Source: Bugula neritina (lineage: Eukaryota > Animalia > Bryozoa). From it: a DNA stretch of 64,000 bases. Positions 12,388 through 25,857 of this stretch are shown here, piece after piece. The first letter of the stretch is position 1, and each line of letters opens with the position of its first letter. Made by a program: the position numbers and the translations under genes. The stretch is taken from assembly GCA_964035545.1 (NCBI GenBank), contig OZ037770.1, positions 9,492,973-9,556,972 on the forward strand, given 5' to 3'. The notes under the pieces are model-generated. The model did no database searches and was not told the origin of the DNA. It was given only the letters and a program-made list of their open reading frames with translations.

Positions 12388-13420
12388 CACTGAGTTGAAA
12401 ACAACGTGGTTATGAGCATTTAACTATAAGCATTAAAACCAACAGTCAACAAATGTAGGATTTGCCTCAAGTACAACAATGGTATTATTTTGAGCTTGTT
12501 TACATAATGAGGATATGAAATTACTGAGTTGAAAATCAATTTAGTTAACTTTATTTAAAGCATTAAAATTTAAAGCCAATAATGATATTTGATACTAAGT
12601 TGCATTTCTTTTGATTTCATTGTAAAGTCCATGTGCACAGGTGTCTAACTGAAGTCATTTATATAGGCGTATAACCTAAGTCTTGCATTGTTGTTTAATT
12701 GAAGCTATATTATAGTATATAGTATATAGGTATAATAATATATATGACTCATAAAAGCCGCTGCTCTATAACAATTTATAATTGAAGCAGCATATCAATA
12801 AGTTGCTTAATCATTTTAAAATATATAATAATATAAAACGCCCGCCAGCTACTTTATAGTCACCTTCTCTGTGAAAAAAACTTCTAATAAAAAGGTTTTT
12901 TTGTTAAACTGGGCTAAGGACTTATTTAGATGAGGCACAAGAGCAATTATGACTGGATGCTCTTCCTAACATCACCGATGACCTTTGTTCATGTTATACT
13001 TTTCTTTCAAAACTGTTACACACATGAGCTAAATGCACTCATTTTAAAAAAATTGGAACTTTTATAATTTTGAATTTTAAAGGAAAAAATAAAACATGTA
13101 CAGATTACAATTATCAACCTATGCTAACGGTACGACAGACTGGCTCACAGAACTTCTACCAGACTGTATGAACTCCTGTCCATCAATAAACAACTATGTG
13201 CTGGAGATTCACAACACTAATGGCTCTCTCATAGCTATACAATATTTAAATTCAAGTAAGATATATATAATATGGTGCTGTTGTTGCAAGATCTATATAA
13301 ATTGAATAATTTAATGCTAAACAATATATAAGTTTTTATTTATGTTTTGCTCAAGTAAAATAAGTAAGTTGCTTGTTAAAAAAATAATAATTGAACTGTA
13401 CAGTATTACAATTCAGTGTC

Positions 13421-13886
13421 ATCCCACTTAGACAATTCCCAATTAAAGGTTTCCTATATGGATGCTTCTCACTTTGACGATTTTTATAGATTTTAGTGAG
13501 ATATATGTATTTTATGTTATTATTTAGCACATAATAGAAAGCAAAGAAGCCACCAGAAAGCTACTTACAGTAACAATGCTTCTATAAAAAGCCATCTTGC
13601 ACAAACCTTTAATTTAAAGGTAAAATATAGACAAAATATAATAAGAAAAAGTTGTAATATAGCAGTGTGTGATATACCAAATAATGCATTTGTGAATTGA
13701 TTTTGTTAGTCTGTTATTTTGAATAAAATAAACTGTAGCTAAAGTAGTATTGAGTTAAAGCAAATAGCTTATTTTACGTTCAGCAATAAACGCAACAGTT
13801 ATGTTTGTATATTACTATATATATTGTACCAAAATATTAAAATGTCCAAGTGGGAAACGTCTAAGTGGGAATCGTCTAAGTGGGAT
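13421..13886. mobile_element. Small foldback-type MITE with TIRs built of about 15-bp subrepeats
   Basis: ATCCCACTTAGACAATTCCC on the left; tandem GTCTAAGTGGGA(A/T) units on the right. Confidence 0.55.
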
Positions 13887-14422
13887 AAAACCTTATAAAT
13901 GCAAGTAAGAAATAGTAAACCATCACACTGTTATGTGCAGGACCAAAAGCATAGAAAATAAATATAAAAAGTAGAAAATCAAAATTTGTTTAAATGCCAT
14001 GCTTGAAATATTTGAAAACTTGGTTTCTAAATACAGCGAATCAGTGTTTTTTATTTATGTCTTATTTCAGCTCCATATTTCAAATCTTATAATCTGTGCC
14101 TGGAGAGTTGTTTAAATGGATCTGTGTCGGATGAACAACTTAATTGTATAAAATGTGATGGTGTATGTGAGAAGTCATGTGACTTTGGTTCTACAGTATA
14201 CAATGAATACAACTATATGTCTTTCCAGACAGGATGTACACATATCCTGGGTCATGTGACTCTAGACTTAGGTGATTTTGATGGTATGTCAACCTAAAAA
14301 TAGGTACAATCTACTCATACTTGTAAATGACAAAACTGTAATATATATTTGTAGCGTCGCCACTAACTATAGATGAGTTGTACTGGTGTTGGCTTTCGTA
14401 ACTTTATTTTTACGTATTCCAA

Positions 14423-17400
14423 CGACACATTTCTTGCAGTATGTTTTTTCCAATCAGTACAAAAGGAGCCAGAAAACCAAAGGGGTCAAATACAGAGGCG
14501 ATAGTTGACAGAATTCCTCTTCTGGTTACTGGCATAACAGGCAGGGTTACCTGAAACTGAAAGCAATGACTTTCCAGGCACCATTCTACTCCTAGCGCCC
14601 GTTCTACTAGTAAGGCTTCTTTTGTAAAATTCAGCTCTTGAGCAGCCTTTGCTAGTTCTGACCGTGGGATGTGTTTCATCACTTCTTTATCATTGCTGAC
14701 AACCTTGTGTAGTCAAATGTTCGCTTTAGAACAGATTCGCTGTGCTTCTTTAATAATGGCAATAGCCTCTTCTGATGTGGGAACACTCAGGATGCCATCG
14801 TCGACGTAAAAGTTCTCTCTTATGAAATTTGCAGCTCTGAGACTGATTCGACAATTCGGTTCTACATGATCCTTTGCCGCCTGGCGTAGACCGAAAGCTG
14901 CGCACCCTGGGCTGCTTGTTGCACCAAAAAAATGCACTGTCATCCGGTATTCTCTCACTGTGGTCAGAGCCTCATCTTCTTACCACAAAAAACGGAGGTA
15001 GTTTCTATCTGCTTGATTCACTTTAAAACTATGAAACATCTGTTCTATGTCACACATTAGTGCGATCTTTTCTTGTCTAAGGCGAAGTAGTACTCCGGTT
15101 AGTTGGTTCATTTGATCTGGTCCTTGAAGTAGATGGTCGTTCAGGCTAATACCATTACTTTTAGCACTGCAGTCAAAAACAACGCGCAATTTCTGTTTCT
15201 TCGGATGCCATACACCAAAGTGGGGTATGTAGCTTGTGTCCCGTGGCAGAATGTTAAGCTCTTCATTTGGGACTGGCTCAGCGTGTCCTTCACGTATGAT
15301 GTCATTCATGAAGACTTTATACTCCTGTTTAAATTGTGGGTTTTTGGAAACTTTTTGCTGTAACAGGTGGAGCCTTTTTTCTGCCATCTTTCTAGTGTTA
15401 GGCATGTTTGGTTTTCGCTTGAAGGGTAAAGGCATTGTGTAGAACCCATTTTCTTGTTGCTTGATGCCCTTCTGAATAATATCCAAAAATTGGTTATCAT
15501 CCTGGGAAAGAGCGTTGTGTGTGGCGTCTTCAGTGCCTTTAAAGTCTTGTTCAAGAGCACGTATGATGGCACAAGGTGGAGACTCATTCTTAAATTTAGA
15601 ATTGGTTTGCAGGGTGTTCTTTTTTTGTTTTTTCTTATTTACTCGACCTACAATGCTCCAACCAAGAGGTGTCTGGACAGCAAAAGGATCATCTGGACAT
15701 TTGCCGGCTATTGACCGCAGTGGCAGTAATGCTCTAGTTGTGTCAAAACCCAGCAGCAACCCTACGATACAATCCTGGACAGGTGGTATTTTTGCTACAA
15801 TTGACCTGAGGTGCGACCGTCCTTCAGTCATACCCTGTGTGGGTATTTGAGACTTGTCAAGTGAAATTTCTTTTTTAGAGTAGGCACGTTTAAGTTTTAT
15901 CTTTTCATTTGAATTGTAGCCTCTCACACACAGGTTTGAGTATTGCACACAATCAATTTCTTCATCTTCTGCAGCTATTGTTGTGATACTCAGTGTGGTG
16001 GGCTCATCATGTGTTTCTAACTGGTTAACTGCAGGTTCAGCTACAAATGTGGCGTCCGACATTGTGCCGAGTAGTGCGTATACTAAAATTTCGCGTTCTG
16101 GGTAGGTCGCACTAGAGAGCCATACAGGCATCACCATCGAGGTCAAACCTGAATTGGTAGACTGAGCACTTCTACATGTGGTTGTTTCTTTCTTTTTTTC
16201 ACTACAAGAATCACCTGATTCTGACTGGCTTTCTCTATTTTGGTGATTATCATTAGATGTTTGGTGTACATATTTATTGTGCATTATGGTGGGATGTTGA
16301 CGTTGACAATCTCTGCAGCTAGCCCGAAATTGACACTGAGCACTAGTGTGACTAGGCTTTATACAAGCAAAGCAAAGTATATTTATCTTAACAAAGGACT
16401 CTATCTCTGATTGTGCCTTTCTGGCAAGGCTTATACAGTCAGCTGTTTTGTGGTTGCTCATATTGCAGTACAGACACTTGGGTTTGTATGAGTATGTTGG
16501 CCCAATTGTATTAGAATTACTACTGGGATTGCTGCTAGTTTGACGAACTGTCTTGTAGGTAGGAGCACTTTTGCTAGTCTCATCTAGTTTGTTAGAGTTT
16601 ACATTCGAACTGGGAGAGGCGTAAAGAAACTTAGCTTGAGACTTAACAAATGCAGCCAACTCTTCAAAGGATGGGTATCGATCTTCTTTCTCTTCCAACA
16701 TCACTACTTTAGCAGTCCATTTATCTATCATTTTCTCTGGTAACTTTCCTACAATGTGCTCTATTTCAGTGTAATCATTCATTCTTTGTAGCTTGGGGAT
16801 ACTTTTCATAGCCCCAAGGCATTGTTTTAAGGCATCTGCCAACTTTCTGGTTTGGACGGCGTCCTTTGGTTGAATTTTTGGCCAGTTAGTCAGTCTGCTT
16901 CTGAAGGCTTCATCAGTGTGTATTTGTTGCCAAATCTTTCATCTAGCACTTCTATGGCCTCTTGGTAATTGTCTTCTCCATCATACTCAAGAAAGCCAGA
17001 TATGGTCTCTTAAACTATTGGTGAGATGTACTTAATCAGATAACTCAGTCTCTCTTCATCTGACAAGGCCTTGCGCGCTATCAGAGCATTGAAACTCCGC
17101 TTCCACTTGTTGTACTTCAGGGGGTCACCATCAAAGACTATTGGTTCTGCTGTGGGCATTCTAGTGATGTTCATGGATTTGATAATTGCATCAATTAGAG
17201 TTGCTGTATCAGGAGTTATTGTTTCTGCAGATGTGTTGAGGTGACTTGTTGATGTCTTTCGTGATGATGAAGAAATTGCGGATGCTCGTTCAGTTGGTCT
17301 ACTTACTGCTACTGGTACTTCAGCTTGATGGGGCTTGAGATTTACATTGTGGTAAAGAGGTGTTTCATTGAAGATGAAATGTTGTTGGAGTGGTGGTTGT

Positions 17401-18110
17401 TGTTTTGAAGGTGTCAGAAAGAGACTGCTCTCACTTTCATTCTCCTCTGCTGCATTGCTGAGAAGTTGACATTTCTGCCTCTCAGCTTCTAGCTCCAGCA
17501 TTATCTATTTTTGATTGGCTTGTCGCTTCTTGGAAGCAAGTTCTCGTTCTTGGATCTCTAACTCTTCATCTATCTTTTCAGCTTCAAGTTTTGCCTGTAG
17601 TTCAATTCTCTTGGCATTAGCATTGGCCGCAGCTTCTTGCAACTGCCTAGAGGTTGTAGTTGTTTTGGTAGAAGAGACATCACTTAAACTTCTGTGCATA
17701 GAACTACATTTACTTAATATAGAACGAACATCGTCATGAGTTTTAAAATAAAGTTGTCTTTCAATCTTTTGGATGAGATAATCTTAATCGGCATGCAATC
17801 TATCCATGGTTTTTCTCAATTCAGTATGAGTATCAGCCCTATAATATTTGTTGGTAGTAAGTTCGTTGTACATATCATCAATGAGTGTTAAATTGTCTTT
17901 CACTTCCTGTAATAAATCGTTATCAATACAACTTGGCTGGTCAGCTATTCTGGTTTCAATATTTTTATCTTTAGATACTTGTTTGTTAATAACCTGACCT
18001 AAAGTTTTTACATGTTCCTGTACTAGGGTTTCCTGGGCCTTTTGTGTCAGCGCTTTATGCCCAATACTTTTTCTGGTTGCTCCAGTGCCATTTTCTGAGT
18101 GCGTTGACAT
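14423..18110 (-). pseudogene. BEL/Pao gag-pol polyprotein, fragmented by stops and frameshifts; integrase missing
   Basis: Successive ORFs 17784-18110, 17505-17699, 17010-17501, 14980-16842, 14713-14958, 14410-14682; protease motif reads ALLGTMS (catalytic Asp lost). Confidence 0.9.
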
Positions 18111-19619
18111 GGTTGGTAGTTTATCCGTCTAATTTATATTACAGAAAATAAGTGTATATGATAGTACATTCAGTATGGCAGAGATACAGACATACTGGAA
18201 ACAGTAAAAAGGAAAACACTGAATAGGCAGCTAGTGGGGCAGCAACAAAAAAGGTGACCAAAACATAAAAGGAAATAGCGCAGGCGCACAGTGTGATCAA
18301 TGCACTAGGCAAATTCGAGGCTATGTGAATCGCAGAGCTACAATGCACTGCATTTACTGTTTACTTATGAGTTTGTTTAGTTATGGTAAACTTGCAAGCT
18401 CTCTGTTGATTGGTCAGTCTCCCACTTACCATAAATTGACAAAATTAGCACACTAATTTTTCAAAAACAAACAATATTCAGAGTGACTCAACTCAAATAG
18501 TTTAAATCAGCTAATCAAATATTTTAATAATAGCTTAGGATAGTTAACTGCTTTTTCATAAGAGCTAGGGTAAAACAATTAAAATGACCTTTTAATTAGT
18601 TCTTTATTTAAAACTGTCACTTGGACTTTACAGTCAACTAGCCTTATCAGCTAATACTGTATGATATATGGAGCAGGTGTACTCAGCTGTCTTTCTAGGA
18701 GTTGATTGCTGAAACTTCCTGGTGGTTTGCTAAGATTCGTCAGGACAGGCCTCTATTGAAATTCTTAGCTTTTGTCTCACAGATGGTTGAGTTTCTTACT
18801 GTAGCGTCGCCACTAACTATAGATGAGTTGTACTGGTGTTGGTTTTCAAAACTTTATTTTTACGTATTCCAACTGCCATAAGAAACTGTAAAAGTAGGTT
18901 ATTAATATACGCAACTATAACAGGTTTTTAAAATAAAACAGAAATTATTCGAAAGATTGTAAAATATTCAAACATATATACAGATCTTGAATTAATCACC
19001 TCTTGCCTTCTTTTAGTGGCTAGCTAGGGTGAGTTTGTTTCTATGAAACGGTATTACAGGTCTACTAAAAAATATTAAACTATAATATATAAAAATGACA
19101 TTAAGTGATAACTGCAATTAGACATATGTTAAGACAATTAGTAAGAATGAATGTATTGTGGTAGATTTTAGTGGTGCAAGTATTATTGTATTAATCGAAA
19201 AGGTTCACTTCATATTGTTTATTATCTTGTGCGTTCGACACTGTCGGAGTGTAGCTATGGACAGCAGTGGCATCACTAGTAACCACCAATCAAGACAGTC
19301 ACACTAATTGATAGCAGGTGGAGCTAGCTACTCGTAGTTGCAGTGCGCTGAGTAGCTAGCCGGCAGAGCAGCTTGGGACTTCATTTAGAACAGTTCTGTA
19401 TTAAAGCTCACTAATTATGTAATCGTTTTCTATTCATGCTAGCAGTAAATAACCTTCTTGTATTTGTGTAAATAATAAAGTATCTTATCGTAAACAACCT
19501 GTCGCAGTGGCTTTGTTTAAGTAGACCCACACATAATAATAGTGAACTGGCAAAATTCACTACACTGGTGGCAGCGGTGGGATCTCACTTAATACAAATG
19601 CCCCTAGTCAGGGAGTAAG

Positions 19620-20489
19620 ATGGCCGACGAAGTCATCGACGCGCCCCGACAGGAGCCAGCAGCAATAGAGGAAGATCACATAGGCGGCCCAGCGCTGCCT
19701 ATGGACAGGTACCACTTGCGGGCTCCCACCTTCTCTGGAGAAGAAGATGTAGAGCAATTCATCGCTGAGTTCAGTGATGTGGCGGACATCTGCGGATGGC
19801 CGAACAGGGTTACTCTGATCCAGCTGCGGTTGTGTCTGACAGGGCCGGCTAAACCCTATGGGATAAGCCAGAATGTCGGTGACATATTTGAAGCAATGCG
19901 AGCTAGGTTTGGATTAACCGCTCGAGATGCTCGCGTGCAACTGCAGAGTCTTAGGAGAAATCCTAGGACCAATCTGCGAGAGCACGCTACCGTAGTCGAA
20001 CGACTGGCACAAGTTGCTTACAGCGACTTGCCTGCCGATGGTCGACAGAGCCTAGCACTGGATGCATTCCTCCAGTCTATTAACAACCTCGGTCTTAAAC
20101 AGCATCTGCTGGTGGCCGAAGTTGAGACTATGGAGAGAGCTCTAAGGCTTGGGAATGCCTATTTCCAAGCCGACAGTGCGAGTCGACCTGGCACGACAGT
20201 ACAGCAAATCGGGGCAGACGACGTGTCGACGTCGCCAACGAAGACAGCTGTACAGGTCGCAGCGGCAGCAGCAGACAAATCTAGCTTAACCACGAGCTTG
20301 ATTCGAGAACTGCTCGCCGAGTTCAGGCAACTGCGCCAGCAGGCGACAGCCGAGAGACCCAAGAGGTCGTCGGTAGCTGTCGCCGACAGGCGCGGCCCCG
20401 TATGCTGGGGCTGTGGTAGTGGTGGGCACTTCCTACGGAGTTGCCCCCGCGGCAGTGGGAGGCGGTTAAACAGCGACGGCCCACGGTAA
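19620..20489 (+). CDS. gag: Gypsy 2 Gag with CCHC zinc knuckle
   Basis: Intact 289-aa ORF, CWGCGSGGHFLRSC. Confidence 0.9.
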   Translation: MADEVIDAPRQEPAAIEEDHIGGPALPMDRYHLRAPTFSGEEDVEQFIAEFSDVADICGWPNRVTLIQLRLCLTGPAKPYGISQNVGDIFEAMRARFGLTARDARVQLQSLRRNPRTNLREHATVVERLAQVAYSDLPADGRQSLALDAFLQSINNLGLKQHLLVAEVETMERALRLGNAYFQADSASRPGTTVQQIGADDVSTSPTKTAVQVAAAAADKSSLTTSLIRELLAEFRQLRQQATAERPKRSSVAVADRRGPVCWGCGSGGHFLRSCPRGSGRRLNSDGPR

Positions 20490-23400
20490 CTTCCGCCTAC
20501 CGTGGGCCCCAGTTTAACCCCCCAAGGCAAAGGCTACGGCCCCCACCCTATCGGGTGAGGAGGCCGCCTTCGCCAGAGTGGCAAGCCTCAAGGAGAGTCA
20601 GTCGGCCGCAAGGCCCACCAATACCTCCGGCTTGGGCACTCAAAAACCGCTTTGAAGGTTTGCTTGATGAGGGAGTGAACAACGAATGGGAGCACAACAG
20701 GGATTTTCCTCGGTTGCCCACACGAGCATCAGTCCGAGAATTCACTCGGCCGCCCGTGTGTGAGCGAGACCGAGACGTACCCTGCCCGCCCATGCAATGT
20801 TGACGACCCCCTCGCAACCGAAAAGCACAGGTGCATCCCCAATTCCATCCACATGAGGTGTCGCCTCAAGAGACAAATCGCTCAGTGAGTGCCCAGCCAT
20901 ATGGAAGCAGCTATTTCCTCCCCAGCAAAATTGCTGGTAAAGTTGCCACATTCCTGTTGGATACTGGGTGTACCACAAATCTACTGAGTCGACGTCTCTT
21001 CGACACTCTCAGTGCCAAGGACAGGGCTAGCCTAAAACCATATGAGGGGGAACACGGCACGTTGGCAGACGGGTCGTGTATTTCTTTCTATGGGGGAATC
21101 CAGTTGACTGGTAGAGTCCGTGATCAGATGATCAGTGAGACCTTCATCGTCAGTCAGCTCAAGGAGAATGCCATCTTGGGCATGCCATTTCTGAAGTGAC
21201 ACAGGTGCTACATCGACTTTAGCAAGTCGGCAGTAGTGATGGCGGGGCATGAGCTGGCCTGTGTCGACCGATTTGGCCGACCCTTGGTGAGGGGAGTGCA
21301 GGTGGTACAGCGCTGTACTGTACCTGGGCGCTCCCGGGCTACAGTTCGCTGCAGAGTGAACTGTAGGGAAATCTCCGAGCTCGGAGTGGTGGAAGGTGCA
21401 CCGGGGGGCGTCCAGCTCGCTAACAGTCTGAATAGACTGGATGAGCGGAGGGAGTTCCTGGTCCAGTGCGTAAACCCTTTCACGGAGCCGGTAGAATTAC
21501 CGGCTGGGTCTCTAGTAGGGAAGCTCCATTCCGTGCAAGAGGAGGATGTAGGGCCCGCGCTGGAAACAGCGGGCGGTGCCCGGGGAGTACCCACTAGAGA
21601 CGGCAGGGGGCCGGTGCCTGAACACGTAGCACAGTTGTACGAGGATGCCTGTGATGGCTGCGAGAGCAAGCGAGAACGCCTGGAGATGGCGCGGCTACTC
21701 TCTGAGTACAAGGACGTGTTCAGTTGCGGCGACCATGACATGGGTCTGACTGAGACGGTTCGTCATGAGATACCCCTGGCGGCGGGGACGGTGCCGATTC
21801 GGCAGCCGACCCGCCGGTTAGGTCCTGAGAAGGAGAGAGAAGTGAGCCGTCAGGTGCAAGACCTTCTGAACCGGGACCTGATTGAGCCAGGCCATGGGGC
21901 CTGGAGTTCTCCAGTCGTCCTGGTTCGGAAAAAGGATGGTAGCTGGAGGTTTTGCATTGACTATCGCAGGCTGAACAGCGTGACCATCCAGGACGCTTAC
22001 CCTCTCCCGAAGATCGATGAGTCGCTCGATGCCTTAGCTGGTAGCAAATTCTTCAGCACGTTGGACTTGCTAAGCGGGTATTGGCAGGTGCCCCTGAGTC
22101 CTGAAGCACAGGACAAGGCCGCGTTCATAACGCGGGATGGGCTCTGGAAATGGAAGGTGTTGCCATTCGGACTTACATCCGCACCAGCCACCTTCCAGCG
22201 ACTCATGGAGCAGGTCCTGAGTGGACTGCACTGGAAGACCTTGCTCATATATCTCGATGATGTCATCGTCATCTCCCCCGACTTCGACACACGTCAGTCG
22301 ACTCAGGGAGGTGTTCGACAGACTCCGAGCTGCTAACCTGAAGCTAAAGCCCTCGAAGTGTGCATTACTGCAACGCGAGGTCAAGTACCTGGGCCATGTA
22401 GTTGGTCGAGACGGGGTCGCCACCGACCCCGAGAAGGTACGGGCTGTGAGGGACTGGGCCGTTCCTGTTGACCTCTCTGAATTGCGGGCGTTCCTGGGGC
22501 TGGTAGGGTACTATTGTCAGTACATACCAAGCTTCGCAGGAATTGCACAGCCGTTAAATCGGCTGACCGCAAAGGGGGTGCGATGGCAGTGGACGCAGGT
22601 TGAGCAGAAGGCATTTGACCACCTGAAGGATCGCCTGGTGGAAGCACCCATCTTGGCGTATCCTGACCCTGCGAAGGAGTACATTTTGGATACTGATGCC
22701 AGTAACCATAATGTGGGGGCTGTGCTATCGCAGGTCCAAGATGGTCGCGAGGTGGTGGTGGCTTACTATAGCAAGGCCCTGTCGGCGCCTGAGAAGAACT
22801 ACTGTACAACTAGGAGGGAACTCTTGGCAGTAGTCAAGGCGGTCAAACACTTTAGACCATATCTATATGGGCGCACATTCCGGCTTCAGTCGGATCATGC
22901 GTCCCTGATATGGCTGTGTCGACGGGCAGAACCATCCAGCCAAGTGGCGCGCTGGCTAGAGATCCTGGCAGAGTTTTCTTATCGGATCAAGCATCGACCC
23001 GGTAAGAAACACGGTAATGCAGATGAACTCAGCCGCCGCCAGGCAGATGGGTGTAAGCAATGCCAGAATATCGAGCGCAGGGACAGTGGACCCCCTCGCT
23101 CGGACGTTGAAGCGCAGTTGGGGAAAGCGGGTGTGTACAGCTGGGAAGAAGGGCAACTCCTGTTCGAATCACCCAACAAAGCTGTTAACAACCTTCACGC
23201 AAGCCCCACGTTGCTTCAGAACGTCAGGGAACTATGCCGGCTCCAGTCCACGCTACCAGGAGTGGTAGCTGACCTATTCCGGACCAAGAAAGAGGGACGG
23301 CGGCCGAGTGAGGCCGAACAGCGAGTGAAGAGTACTGAGTTTAAGTACTTCTGTGACCGCTGGGACTCCCTAAGGTTCAACAGCGATGGGCTGCTAACGA

Positions 23401-24976
23401 TCACGTTGGCAGTCGGCACCAATCGCAGTAAACGAGAGAGGGTAGTCTGCCCGTCAGCTCTGCGGCGGGAGTTGATCTGGGACACCCATAAGCAAGCTCA
23501 CGCAGGAGCTAGCCGGGTGATCAGGTGTCTTCAACTCCAGTGGTTTTGGCCCGGTATGACCCGGGATGTCCGACTCCGAGTGCGGAAGTGCGAGGTGTGC
23601 CAAGCTAGCGAGCATGGCTGCCCCACTGAGACCGCAGGGAGGCGTTGCCTCCATGCCGGTCGTCCGTGGCAGGTGGTTGCTGTCGATATGGTAGGCCCCA
23701 TGCCCACTACAGCGAGCGGTAATAACTGGATACTGGTATTAACGGACCATTTCACGCGGTGGGCTGATGCACTGGCTATTCCAGACGCGTCGGCCCCCTC
23801 GGTGGCCAGAGCTTTGGATCAGCAGGTGTTCTGCTATTTCGGCTTGCCGGAGCAGATACACTCTGACCAAGGCGCCCAGTTTCAGTCGCAACTTATGAGC
23901 GATCTCTGTAGAGTGTGGGGGGTAAACCAGAGTCGGACGACCCCGTATCACCCGCAAGGGAACGGGGTCGTGGAGCGGAACAACCGAATGCTAGGGGACT
24001 CTCTGAGAAGCCTGCTTATCGGTAGGAGCCAGGAAGAGTGGGACTTGGTGTTGCCGCAGATCATGCGAGCGTACCGTAGTACCCCTCACTCCAGTACACT
24101 GGAGACCCCTAATTTTCTCATGCTGGGGAGAGAAACGAGGGTTCCTGAGCACGTAACCTATCATGTTCCGACTCCCGAGAGCGATGTCCACGACTACGTG
24201 GACAAGCTCGTAAAACGCATGGGGACGGCTCACGAGGTGCTACGTGAGCAGCAGTGGCAGATCAGGAGTGGTTACTCTGACGACCCACCTTTATACAAGG
24301 TGGGGGACTGGGTCTGGATGACCAGTCATCGCCGCAGGCGCGGACAGGCAGCCAAGTTGCAGCCGAAGTTTGTAGGTTCCTACTGCGTAATTGAGGTAAT
24401 GCCAAATCATACATACAAAGTGGAATGGTCTGGACAAGTGTCGGTCCAGAACGAGGCATGGCTAAAACCTCACTGGGCAAGTCCTGATGCGGCAGGTCAA
24501 GCACCTCCTCTCTTAGAGCCAGCTAGGCGCCCTCTTATGAGAGGGCGACCCATGGCATATCGAGAGATTGAGGAGATACTGCCAGACCAGGACGGGGCGG
24601 CTGATGCGCCAGCCGACCAGCCCCAACCTCCTCCACCCCAGGAAGAGGAGGTCGACACACCTGAAGACCTGTCGGAGCCGGCCCCACCACCTGTGGAGCC
24701 GGTCGACAGGCCCATCGTCCCGGATGAGATGGCAATTCCTCAAAATCATGAGGAAGAGGCAGCTGGGGGGGACCACCCGTACTGGTGGACCGCCCCGTAC
24801 TGGCGAAACCACCCGTGGTGGAAGAATCACCAGTCGTAGCAAATTCCCCAGTGCAGTTGGAGCGTAGCCAACGCACTAGGGCGCCTCCATCTTATTTAAA
24901 AGATATCTTGTGTGATGCAGTGGAAAAACATCCATCAGCTATCATAAAAGAAATCTGGGGGGACGAGCAATTGTGA
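20441..24976 (+). pseudogene. pol: Gypsy 2 pol (-1 frame to gag): PR, RT, RNase H, IN; disrupted
   Basis: FLLDTG, YLDD, DTDAS, integrase core; stops at 20803 and 21199, 2-bp deletion near 22289. Confidence 0.93.
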
Positions 24977-25676
24977 GTTGCCTACCCCAGTGGTGTGACA
25001 CAAAACACCACCGGGGGTAAGAAATGAGCGAAGTCAGCTCGCTAGTGAAAGGGGTATTATACAATCACTTTCACAGCGGAAAGCGTTCTTTTCTGATTCA
25101 ACTGCCAACGTGCACGCATGTACTTGGCAGGCTGGCGCACTACGTAGCCTAAGTGGGCAGCAGACTAAAGTCAGGGCTGTCTTATGGTAAGTCTACTGGT
25201 ATAATTCTATTATTTAAGTAGAATTCAAGCTGGTAGCCTAAATCAGTCTCGCTTTATCATAACGATAAAGTTGATTTCCCAAGTCAGGTGATTCACTGAC
25301 GACTTGAGTGGGGCGGTCGACCACATGATTAATTATTAATCAGTGGTTAGTGATTGCGAGACTCAGTCGAGGTGTCGTACTGACAGGTGCAAACCCCTTC
25401 AACAGTTGTTGGCATTCTGTTGCAGGTGAGACTGGAATGGCGGGGCCAAATTCCTTCTCATGGCATAGCGCAGTCACATCATTCATCTCAACTTTTGGCT
25501 AGATGCTGGCTGCTTGACTAGACTCTTGTAGCGACATGACAGCAGTGCTGATGGCTGTCATAACAGAAGTGCCAGAGACAACTGGCACGTAGCTCCTTCC
25601 TCCCCTCCTCTGGCGATCACGTTCCGGTATAGGCAGAGTAGTTCTTCCCTCTTCTCTCCTGTGGCTACATCCTAAT

Positions 25677-25857
25677 AAGAAGAAGAAGTAATATTAAAGA
25701 GTCCTGCATGAAGTTAAAAAGTAAAAATAGAAGTTAAGAAGAAGTAATATTAAAGATTCCTGCATGAAGTTAAAAATAGAAGTTAAGAAGAAGAAGTAAT
25801 ATTAAAGAGTCCTGCATGAAGTTAAGAAGTTAAAAATAGAAGTTAAGAAAAAGAAGT
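25677..25857. repeat. Tandem repeat, about 3 x 53-60 bp purine-rich unit, in the 3' region of Gypsy 2
   Basis: aagaagaagtaatattaaagagtcctgcatgaagttaaaaa...gaagtt repeated. Confidence 0.85.

Noticed and set aside
25677-25857. Regularly spaced repeats, CRISPR-like at a glance
   Set aside because: No unique spacers, eukaryotic context, inside a retrotransposon
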